Source of the DNA: Chlamydiales bacterium
GTDB lineage: Bacteria; Chlamydiota; Chlamydiia; Chlamydiales; JBDQID01
Reading direction: 5' to 3'
NCBI GenBank assembly: GCA_047611865.1
Contig: JBLFWS010000071.1
Coordinates: forward strand, 1-15,554
Length of the DNA: 15,554 nt
Shown here piece after piece: positions 8,411 through 15,554 of this stretch. Made by a program: the position numbers and the translations under genes. The first letter of the stretch is position 1. Each line of letters starts with the position of its first letter. The notes under the pieces are model-generated. The model was not told where the DNA came from, made no database searches, and saw nothing but the letters and a program-made list of their open reading frames with translations.

Positions 8411-10273
8411 ATGGCTAAAGAATACGACGAAAGTACCATCCAAACCCTTGATGCCCTACAGCACATCCGTATCCGCCCAGGGATGTACATAGGTAGACTC
8501 GGTGACGGCTCCCACCACGATGATGGGATATACATCCTTCTAAAAGAAATTATCGATAACAGTATCGATGAGTTCATAATGGAACATGGAAGTAAGATTG
8601 AGATCGCAGTTGACTACGATACTGGTCTTGTAAAGATCCGTGACTATGGTCGAGGCATTCCTTTAGGAAAGCTACTCGACTGCGTCAGCCAAATCAATAC
8701 CGGTGCCAAGTATAATGACGATGTATTCCAGTTCTCTGTAGGTCTCAATGGGGTAGGTACAAAAGCTGTTAACGCTTTAGCCAGCTATTTCTTTGTTCGT
8801 AGTGTCCGTGATGGAAAATCCATGGAAGCCACCTTTGAAAAAGGTCACCTACAAACAAAGAAAAAAGGCTCCTCAAAAGAAAAAGATGGCACATATGTCG
8901 AATTCATCCCTGATATTGAGATTTTCAAGAAATATAAATTTCAGCTGGAGTACATTCAAAAGCGGATTTGGCACTATGCTTATCTCAACACAGGTTTAAA
9001 GCTCAAATTTAATGGAGAGACTTTCGTATCCAAAAACGGTCTATTGGACCTTCTCAATAGTGAAGTAACAGACGACAAACTTTACGAACCCCTCCATTTC
9101 CGCAGTCCCAACCTCGAGTTCGCCTTTCTCCATACCCATAGCTATGGTGAAACTCACTTTTCTTTTGTCAATGGCCAGTACACGACAGACGGTGGAACTC
9201 ACCTCTCTGCCTTCCGTGAAGGGCTCCTGAAAGGGGTTAACGAATTTACCAAAAAGAACTATCAAGGCGTAGATGTTCGCGAGGGCATTGTCGGGGCCGT
9301 TCTGATGAAAGTCAAAGAACCTGTATTCGAATCACAAACCAAGCACAAGCTCAACAATACAGAATTGCGAGCTGAATGGGTTCAGAATGTCAAGAAGGCT
9401 GTTACAGATCTCCTCCACAAACATCCAGAAATTGCCTCTCGTATAAAAGAAAGAATCGCTTTTAACGAAAAAGTACGCCGTGAGCTCGCTTCTGTAAAAA
9501 AAGAAGCCAAGGAAAAGCAGAAGAAAATTTCTTTTAAAATCCCCAAACTTCGCGACTGCAAATACCACTACAATCACCCCTCAAAATTTGCAGAAAAGAC
9601 TATGATTTTTCTGACGGAAGGTGACTCCGCCAGTGCCTCAATTATCGCTTCACGCGATCCTATGACCCAAGCTGCTTTTTCCCTTCGCGGAAAACCTCTG
9701 AATGTCCACGGCATGAAAATGGACCAACTTTATAAGAACGAAGAAATGTTTAACGTCATGAACGCTCTCAATATTGAAGACGACGTGGCCAACCTTCGTT
9801 ATAATAAAGTCATTCTAGCTACTGATGCCGATGTAGACGGAATGCATATTCGCAACCTTCTAATAACCTTTTTTCTTACCTATTTTGAAAGCCTTGTAGT
9901 CAACGGACACCTTTATATACTCGAAACACCCCTTTACAAGGTTCGAAATAAAGATAAGACTGCTTACTGTTTCACTGATGAAGAACGTGACATAGCTCTT
10001 AAAGATCTCAAGGGAAAAAGCCTTGAAATGACCCGTTTTAAAGGCCTTGGAGAAATCTCCCCCAAAGAGTTCAAGCAATTCATATGCAAAGACATGCGTC
10101 TAATACAGGTCACCGTCAACAATTTTTCTGACATAAAACCTACCCTCGAATTCTACATGGGAAAAAACACTCCTCAACGCAAGAAATTCATTATGGAAAA
10201 CCTGATTAATGAAGATCAAGAGTTACAAGAACTATCCAGACAGAAAGAACTTACACTGAACAAAAAGGTTTAA
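8411..10273 (+). CDS. parE: DNA topoisomerase IV subunit B (chlamydial gyrB_2 type)
   Basis: RPGMYIG, EIIDNSIDE, GLNGVGTKAVNAL, TOPRIM motifs TEGDSA, LRGKPLN and TDADVDGMHI, and RFKGLGE. It is 620 aa and paired with a short A subunit in which I see no GyrA box. Confidence 0.9.
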   Translation: MAKEYDESTIQTLDALQHIRIRPGMYIGRLGDGSHHDDGIYILLKEIIDNSIDEFIMEHGSKIEIAVDYDTGLVKIRDYGRGIPLGKLLDCVSQINTGAKYNDDVFQFSVGLNGVGTKAVNALASYFFVRSVRDGKSMEATFEKGHLQTKKKGSSKEKDGTYVEFIPDIEIFKKYKFQLEYIQKRIWHYAYLNTGLKLKFNGETFVSKNGLLDLLNSEVTDDKLYEPLHFRSPNLEFAFLHTHSYGETHFSFVNGQYTTDGGTHLSAFREGLLKGVNEFTKKNYQGVDVREGIVGAVLMKVKEPVFESQTKHKLNNTELRAEWVQNVKKAVTDLLHKHPEIASRIKERIAFNEKVRRELASVKKEAKEKQKKISFKIPKLRDCKYHYNHPSKFAEKTMIFLTEGDSASASIIASRDPMTQAAFSLRGKPLNVHGMKMDQLYKNEEMFNVMNALNIEDDVANLRYNKVILATDADVDGMHIRNLLITFFLTYFESLVVNGHLYILETPLYKVRNKDKTAYCFTDEERDIALKDLKGKSLEMTRFKGLGEISPKEFKQFICKDMRLIQVTVNNFSDIKPTLEFYMGKNTPQRKKFIMENLINEDQELQELSRQKELTLNKKV

Positions 10274-10280
10274 GGCGGAC

Positions 10281-12179
10281 ATGGAAGATCTCAAACAATT
10301 AATGCAACAAAACTACATCAAATATGCCTCATATGTCATCCTTGACCGATCCATCCCCCATGTCGTGGATGGCCTCAAACCCGTTCAGCGAAGGATTCTC
10401 CACACTCTTTTCAAAATGGATGATGGGAAACTTCACAAAGTAGCAAATGTCGTGGGTCAAACCATGGCCTTCCACCCACACGGGGACGCTCCAATCAATG
10501 ATGCTTTGGTCAATATGGCGGTTAAAGACCTCTTATTTGATCTCCAGGGAAACTTTGGAAATATCTTCACTGGCGACCCAGCAGCTGCAGCCCGTTATAT
10601 TGAAACGCGTCTATCAAAACTCGCGAAAGAGACCATGTTCAACCCCGACCTTACTCAGAGCATCCCCTCCTACGATGGCCGAAACATGGAACCTGTGACC
10701 CTACCAGCAAAGATACCTCTGCTACTCATCCAGGGAGCTGAGGGTATAGCTGTCGGAATGGCCACAAAAATCCTGCCCCATAACTTCACTGAGCTTCTCG
10801 AGGCGGAAATCGCGATATTGGAAGGAAAGCCGATCACTATCCTTCCGGACTTTGCTACGGGAGGTATAATGGATGCCTCTGAATACGACAAAGGACGAGG
10901 TAAAGTTAAACTAAGAGCTAAAATTAGTGCCCAGGATGACAAGACACTTGTTATCAAAGAAATATGCTATGGGACGACTACTGAATCTCTTGTGCGCTCC
11001 ATAGACGAAGCGGCTAAAAGAGGAAAGATCAAGATTGAGCGCATCAATGACTACACCGCAGAAAAGGTAGAGGTAGAAATTAAGCTTCCCCGTGGACAGC
11101 ATGCTCAATCCATCATCAATCAACTTTATGCCTTTACTGACTGTGAAGTTTCCATAAGCTCCCAGATCATAGTCATTAAAGACAACCTCCCTTGGGAAAC
11201 GGACGTAGAAGAAATCCTGCGTTTCCACGTGGAAAACCTCCAAAAATATCTCCGCCGAGAGCTTGAGATTGAGAGCGAACGCATTGAACAGAAGATTTTT
11301 GAAAGAACCCTTGAGCAGCTTTTTATCGAAAACCGTCTATACAAAGACCTGGAAAAAGTTTCTTCTGCGGACATGCTTAACTCTACCGTCGAAAAAAGTC
11401 TCAAACCCTATCACAGTGAACTCTCCCGCTTACCCAAGGCTGAAGACATTCAACGCCTTCTAGCAATTCCTATCAGAAGGATTTCTCGCTTTGATATCGA
11501 TAAAAACCAAGATGATATTGAAGCAATGAGGAATCGCTTGAAGCAAATCGATCGTAAACTCAAGAATATGAAAAAAACGACCATCGACTACCTGAAAGAC
11601 CTCATTAAACGCTACGGCAAAGATTTTTCTCGAAAAACAAGCTTCCAAGAGATCGTCGAAATCGACAAAAAAGCTATGGCCACCAGAGAACTCAAAGTAG
11701 GTCTGGACCCCAAAGCCGGCTATATTGGAACTAAGGTCAACAGTGAAAATCGATTGGAATGTACTAATTACGATAAGCTTTTACTTATTTATAGTGACGG
11801 CACCTATACCGTCATCAATATACCCGAAAAGCTCTACGTAGCCCATAATGGCAAAGCCATAATATACATGGGAATTGCAGACAAAAAAACCATATTTAGA
11901 GCGGTGTATACGGATCCCAAGTCCAGCTTCTGCTATGCAAAACGCTTCGTCGTCAGCAAATTCATCCTCGAAAAGACCTATGAGTTCTTTGAGCCTGGAA
12001 TGAAGCTCGAAACGATCACTACACGCCCGGATGTTACAGCCAAGATTTCCTATAAACCCAAAGCTCGTCAAAAAGTTAACAAATCTACTTTCGACTTAGA
12101 TAGCGTAGCAATCAAGGGTGTTTCGGCCAAAGGGATTCGAATTGCTAACAAAGAAGTTAAAAAAGTGACCTTTGCCTAA
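10281..12179 (+). CDS. parC: DNA topoisomerase IV subunit A (chlamydial gyrA_2 type)
   Basis: DGLKPVQRRIL, HPHGD, active-site AAARYIE and GIAVGMATKI; short C-terminal domain (632 aa total). Confidence 0.9.
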   Translation: MEDLKQLMQQNYIKYASYVILDRSIPHVVDGLKPVQRRILHTLFKMDDGKLHKVANVVGQTMAFHPHGDAPINDALVNMAVKDLLFDLQGNFGNIFTGDPAAAARYIETRLSKLAKETMFNPDLTQSIPSYDGRNMEPVTLPAKIPLLLIQGAEGIAVGMATKILPHNFTELLEAEIAILEGKPITILPDFATGGIMDASEYDKGRGKVKLRAKISAQDDKTLVIKEICYGTTTESLVRSIDEAAKRGKIKIERINDYTAEKVEVEIKLPRGQHAQSIINQLYAFTDCEVSISSQIIVIKDNLPWETDVEEILRFHVENLQKYLRRELEIESERIEQKIFERTLEQLFIENRLYKDLEKVSSADMLNSTVEKSLKPYHSELSRLPKAEDIQRLLAIPIRRISRFDIDKNQDDIEAMRNRLKQIDRKLKNMKKTTIDYLKDLIKRYGKDFSRKTSFQEIVEIDKKAMATRELKVGLDPKAGYIGTKVNSENRLECTNYDKLLLIYSDGTYTVINIPEKLYVAHNGKAIIYMGIADKKTIFRAVYTDPKSSFCYAKRFVVSKFILEKTYEFFEPGMKLETITTRPDVTAKISYKPKARQKVNKSTFDLDSVAIKGVSAKGIRIANKEVKKVTFA

Positions 12180-12181
12180 AA

Positions 12182-12230
12182 AAATAAGCGGGTTATAAAA
12201 GCTGAAAAAGCCTCTAAAACCCGCTTATTT
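12182..12230. terminator. Terminator hairpin after parC (possibly bidirectional)
   Basis: Perfect 13-bp inverted repeat AAATAAGCGGGTT (12182-12194) / AACCCGCTTATTT (12218-12230), with an A run on the left and T-rich sequence on the right. Confidence 0.7.
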
Positions 12231-12291
12231 CGATTTTCAGGCCTATATCCTATATACTTCCTTTACATCTCCTTCCAGATCACCTATATAA

Positions 12292-12320
12292 TTGAAAATT
12301 AATGCGTTTTTGTGTATAAT
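12292..12320 (+). promoter_or_regulatory. Strong sigma70/sigma66-like promoter
   Basis: TTGAAA (12292-12297), 17 nt spacer, TATAAT (12315-12320). Confidence 0.7.
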
Positions 12321-12366
12321 GGAGGGTGAATGGGAAGACTTGTGTCATTAAAAATAAGGTTTTTTT

Positions 12367-12642
12367 ATGTCTGCCGAAAGCCCTGAGAGTATGTCAAACC
12401 TAATACCGCCTGATGCTATTGTTGAAGCCAACCAAGCTAACTTGGCTGATGCGGAAGCTGGCAGCAATACGCCCAACGGCGAGGCGGATGAAGAGGGCTT
12501 CAAAACTGTTAGCTTTAGTGCTCTACACAGAAAAGCACCCGAAGTTTACCAAGCTACCCTCCAAGGTATTACCACCACCATCCTCAATCAAATGAGGAGA
12601 AGCAACGAACGCATCCGGAAGAATATCAAAGGACTACCATAA
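12367..12642 (+). CDS. Small hypothetical protein; positional counterpart of C. trachomatis CT656
   Basis: 91 aa ORF behind a strong promoter, with an acidic, likely disordered N-half and a helical basic C-half (KAPEVYQATLQGI...MRRSNERIRK). The CT656 link is recalled synteny only. Confidence 0.75.
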   Translation: MSAESPESMSNLIPPDAIVEANQANLADAEAGSNTPNGEADEEGFKTVSFSALHRKAPEVYQATLQGITTTILNQMRRSNERIRKNIKGLP

Positions 12643-12661
12643 CCCCATCGGTGTCGTAAAC

Positions 12662-12961
12662 ATGTATATCTTGGATCTTAAACTTTTCTTTGGCTTTGAA
12701 GTCGAAGCATCCCTAGAAGACGCTTTGACTAAAGCAAATTCACACGCAGTTCAACTTTTTATCAACAATAGTAGTGAATATCTCCATGAAGTTATTTATG
12801 AGGGGAAACGTTACATTGGAAAATTCGTTGGACAAATCACTAGCCCCCCAGAGCTTGAACTTCTCCAGGCAAATATTTATAGCATCACCAAAAAACTCGC
12901 ACCAAACCATAACTTCATTTTAAACCCAGCAGTATTACTTGTTACAACAGAGCAGTCATAG
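12662..12961 (+). CDS. Chlamydia-type conserved hypothetical protein (CT657-like)
   Basis: 99 aa ORF in operon-like spacing directly before rluD. LFFGF and EYLHEVIYEGKRYIGK resemble, from memory, the small protein preceding sfhB/rluD in chlamydiae. Confidence 0.75.
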   Translation: MYILDLKLFFGFEVEASLEDALTKANSHAVQLFINNSSEYLHEVIYEGKRYIGKFVGQITSPPELELLQANIYSITKKLAPNHNFILNPAVLLVTTEQS

Positions 12962-12968
12962 CCCCACA

Positions 12969-13907
12969 ATGTCTTATAGTGAATCAGAAATCTTTATTGC
13001 TTCTGAAGAGGATAGCCAGGAACGCCTGGATATAATCCTGACGAAGCGCTTCAATGAAAAATCAAGAACTTACTTTCAATATCTTATAGAAAGTCACAAA
13101 GTCCTGGTTAATGACAACGCCGTTAAAAAGCGGCACTATCTCCAAGCTGGAGATTCTGTAGAGATTCATTTTATTCTCCCTCCAGATATTAATTTAGAAG
13201 CTGAGGACATCTCCCTCAACGTCATTTACGAAGATGAGTATCTTCTTGCTATTAATAAATCCCCCGGAACTGTTGTACATCCCGCTCCCGGCCACTGGAC
13301 AGGAACAGTCGTCAACGGCTTACTGTACCACTGTGACAATCTAGAAAACCCAAAGAATACATTGCGCCCGGGCATCGTCCACAGACTAGACAAAGACACC
13401 TCTGGCATACTCCTGGCAGCCAAAACCTATGAAGCTCAGAAACACTTAATTCAACTATTCTCCGAAAGGAAAATCGAAAAAAAGTATCTAGCTATCTGCA
13501 TAGGAAACCCTGGCGAAACCCGTATTGAAGCTCCCATTGGCCGCCACCCAGTCAACAGAAAAAAAATGGCCATACTCGAAAGTGGAAAACCTGCTTCCAG
13601 TATCTTTAACACTCATGCATACAATAGCGCATTAAGCTTCGTTGAAGTTACTTTAGAAACAGGCAGGACTCATCAAATTAGAGTTCACTCTCAACATAAT
13701 AAAACTCCAATCCTCGGAGACAATGTTTATGGCAGCATCCAGAGCAACAAAAAATACGCTGTAACTCGCCAAATGCTTCATGCCCATCGTCTCATTTTCA
13801 TCCACCCTTTCACTCAAGAAAAACTGGATTTGAAAGCTTCAATTCCTGATGATATGCACAGCATAATCACTAAGTATTTTCCTAAAGTCGACACCCAAGA
13901 ATACTAA
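12969..13907 (+). CDS. rluD: RluA/RluD-family 23S rRNA pseudouridine synthase with N-terminal S4 domain
   Basis: RLDIIL...SRTYFQYLI S4 domain, INKSPGTVVHPAPGH, catalytic GIVHRLDKDTSG and ETGRTHQIRVH. The ATG at 12969 avoids overlap with the upstream gene. Confidence 0.92.
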   Translation: MSYSESEIFIASEEDSQERLDIILTKRFNEKSRTYFQYLIESHKVLVNDNAVKKRHYLQAGDSVEIHFILPPDINLEAEDISLNVIYEDEYLLAINKSPGTVVHPAPGHWTGTVVNGLLYHCDNLENPKNTLRPGIVHRLDKDTSGILLAAKTYEAQKHLIQLFSERKIEKKYLAICIGNPGETRIEAPIGRHPVNRKKMAILESGKPASSIFNTHAYNSALSFVEVTLETGRTHQIRVHSQHNKTPILGDNVYGSIQSNKKYAVTRQMLHAHRLIFIHPFTQEKLDLKASIPDDMHSIITKYFPKVDTQEY

Positions 13908-13919
13908 TTCGGAGTAAGC

Positions 13920-14360
13920 ATGCGCCTACTTGTCCAAAGAGTTTCAAAAGCCAGCGTTACTGTTGAGGGGGAGGTTTGTGGGAGTATTGGCAAAGGCCTT
14001 CTCGTTTTTTTTGGTGTCCACAAAGATGATAAACCACAAACTACTTCCTGGTTAACGAACAAACTAGTGAATCTCCGTATCTTTTCAGATGAACAAGGTA
14101 AGATGAATTTGAGCTTAAAAGACATCCAGGGAGAAGCCCTTATTGTCAGCCAATTTACTTTATATGGAGATTGCTCGAAAGGAAGGCGCCCTTCTTTTAT
14201 TGATTCAGCTCCGCCAGAAAATGCGGTCGAAATATATAATCAATTTGTCAAAGAAGTGAAAAATGAACTTGACAATGTTCAAACGGGAATATTTGCAGCA
14301 AAAATGGAAGTTGAACTTATCAACGACGGACCTGTAACATTTATTTTAGAAAAAAACTGA
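13920..14360 (+). CDS. dtd: D-aminoacyl-tRNA deacylase
   Basis: [13 protein letters not shown] start, signature SQFTL and NDGPVT motifs; GGAG Shine-Dalgarno. Confidence 0.97.
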   Translation: MRLLVQRVSKASVTVEGEVCGSIGKGLLVFFGVHKDDKPQTTSWLTNKLVNLRIFSDEQGKMNLSLKDIQGEALIVSQFTLYGDCSKGRRPSFIDSAPPENAVEIYNQFVKEVKNELDNVQTGIFAAKMEVELINDGPVTFILEKN

Positions 14361-14497
14361 GCTCTATCTCATTAAGCTTCAAGAAGAAACATATCTTTTA
14401 TTTTAAGGATTCCCCACTTGAGGAATACTTTTCGAAACAGTTTTTTTTATAATAAGATTTCTTGCTAAAAATACTTAATCTAGGCATTCAATACCAT

Positions 14498-14517
14498 GAA
14501 TAAGATTTTTCTTATTC
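14498..14517. promoter_or_regulatory. Perfect inverted repeat GAATAAGA-N4-TCTTATTC (operator or small hairpin)
   Basis: Read directly in the dtd-khpA spacer; function unknown. Confidence 0.35.
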
Positions 14518-14669
14518 CTTTAGTTCAAATACATTACTTCCTAAAAAGAAAAAAAAGTTTTCCTCTAGATTAATAATCAAGGCTTGTTGTAACATCAGTT
14601 TTGAGGGGTAATTAAACATTAATTGCGCGAACACAAGCAGTTCATTTACAACCCAAAAAGGAACGAACT

Positions 14670-14951
14670 ATGAAAGATTTTGTAGCGTACATTGTCAAAA
14701 ATCTGGTTGACCATCCTGATAAGGTACACATCAACGAAATCGGTGGAACTCAAACGTTGATAATCGAGCTCGCTGTTGAAAAATCTGACATTGGAAAGAT
14801 TATCGGGAAAAAAGGAAAAACCATTAACGCGATTCGCACCCTGCTAATGTCAGTTGCCAGCCGAAATGGTATCCGTGTCAATCTAGAGATTATCGAAGAA
14901 GGCCACGCTAATGATGAAGAAGCTGACGCCGAGCACGAACACGCTGAGTAA
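14670..14951 (+). CDS. khpA: Single KH-domain RNA-binding protein (KhpA/UPF0109, CT659-like)
   Basis: YIVKNLVDHPDKV and DIGKIIGKKGKTINAIRTLL (GxxG loop), followed by an extra acidic/His tail. Confidence 0.9.
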   Translation: MKDFVAYIVKNLVDHPDKVHINEIGGTQTLIIELAVEKSDIGKIIGKKGKTINAIRTLLMSVASRNGIRVNLEIIEEGHANDEEADAEHEHAE

Positions 14952-15072
14952 TCTCCTACCGGCTGACACCGTGAGATTTTAAGTATTATTAGAATACCGC
15001 CACCTTGACGAGATTTTGCCTACCAATAATCAATCTCCCTCTTCAATATTGGGCGCGGTGGTAGAATTTAAA

Positions 15073-15108
15073 AGTCACTGATAAATATTTATCAGCGGCT
15101 TTTTTTTT
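15073..15108 (+). terminator. Rho-independent terminator after khpA
   Basis: AGTCACTGATAA-ATAT-TTATCAGCGGCT stem (one mismatch, one U-G pair) followed by a T9 run. Confidence 0.8.
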
Positions 15109-15276
15109 GTCTTCTTTATATTTGTAATTTTAATTCACAATCCGGAACTCTGCTAAGCTTATTTTTTTTTGGGGCGGGGTGTCTTCGTCGAGCTTTTCCC
15201 GTTTGAAAATACGCGACAGAAGCGATGTTGGAGATCTCAAGAAATAAGAACTTTATGGAATGTGGAAAGAAAAACT

Positions 15277-15349
15277 TGGACTGGACAGGATTCGAACCTG
15301 TGACCGCCCGCTTAGAAGGCGGGTGCTCTATCCACTGAGCTACCAGTCC
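15277..15349 (-). tRNA. tRNA-Arg (anticodon TCT)
   Basis: Reverse complement GGACTGGTAGCTCAGTGGATAGAGCACCCGCCTTCTAAGCGGGCGGTCACAGGTTCGAATCCTGTCCAGTCCA has acceptor stem GGACTGG/CCAGTCC, anticodon arm CCCGC-CTTCTAA-GCGGG and T loop GTTCGAATC. The CCA tail is not encoded. Confidence 0.97.
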
Positions 15350-15499
15350 AGAGTGGGGACATTATCTAATACGAAGTGCTTATTTCACAAGTACTTTCTG
15401 AAAAATGTAGAGGCAACGTGATAATACCACCTATAAAACTAAGTTGAAATGTCACCTTTAGTTATAATCTTTGGATTCTCTTTCTAAATTGGGAGGCCT

Positions 15500-15554
15500 A
15501 TGGAGATTATACGAATGAGTAAAAAAGAACTTTACAGAGGTGAAATCATATCTA
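15500..15554 (+). CDS. 5' fragment of a gene running off the window (MEIIRMSKKELYRGEIIS...)
   Basis: GGAGG Shine-Dalgarno before ATG 15500 and an open frame to the window end. It loosely resembles NUDIX hydrolase N-termini but is too short to call. Confidence 0.55.
   Translation, partial: MEIIRMSKKELYRGEIIS

Noticed and set aside
8411..12179. Calling the pair gyrB/gyrA
   Set aside because: Both subunits are short and I see no GyrA box, which fits topoisomerase IV better.
229..14125. Numerous 60-110 aa ORFs overlapping trhO, rpsD, murJ, asnS, hemA, pseB, parE, parC, rluD and dtd
   Set aside because: Antisense or out-of-frame shadows of well-supported genes, with no motifs or credible start signals.
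15183..15222. Loose hairpin CTTCGTCG...CGACAGAAG downstream of the tRNA
   Set aside because: Short interrupted stems with no U tract; cannot be distinguished from chance.

Overview
This is a mostly housekeeping chromosomal segment. It most likely comes from an environmental (non-Chlamydiaceae) member of Chlamydiota, inferred from recalled gene neighbourhoods and protein styles, not from a search. Gene order: trhO(-), orphan basic ORF(+), rpsD(+), a ~390 bp repeat-bearing spacer, murJ(-), asnS(+), hemA(-), a lone pseB(-), parE-parC(+), two small chlamydia-type hypotheticals, rluD, dtd, khpA(+), tRNA-Arg(TCT)(-) and the first codons of a further gene. As I recall it, this joins two C. trachomatis neighbourhoods (mviN-nfo-rpsD-yceA, and CT656-CT659/gyrA2/gyrB2/hemA). 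I found no integrase, transposase, CRISPR array or defence system, and I cannot support a complete new multi-gene system. The most unusual signals are: (1) a ~250 bp non-coding element between rpsD and murJ, bounded by long imperfect inverted repeats, with one arm expanded into an 8-bp tandem array; (2) a basic orphan ORF upstream of rpsD with an effector-like N-terminus and an NLS-like motif; (3) an orphan pseB; (4) a long structured 3' region after khpA.
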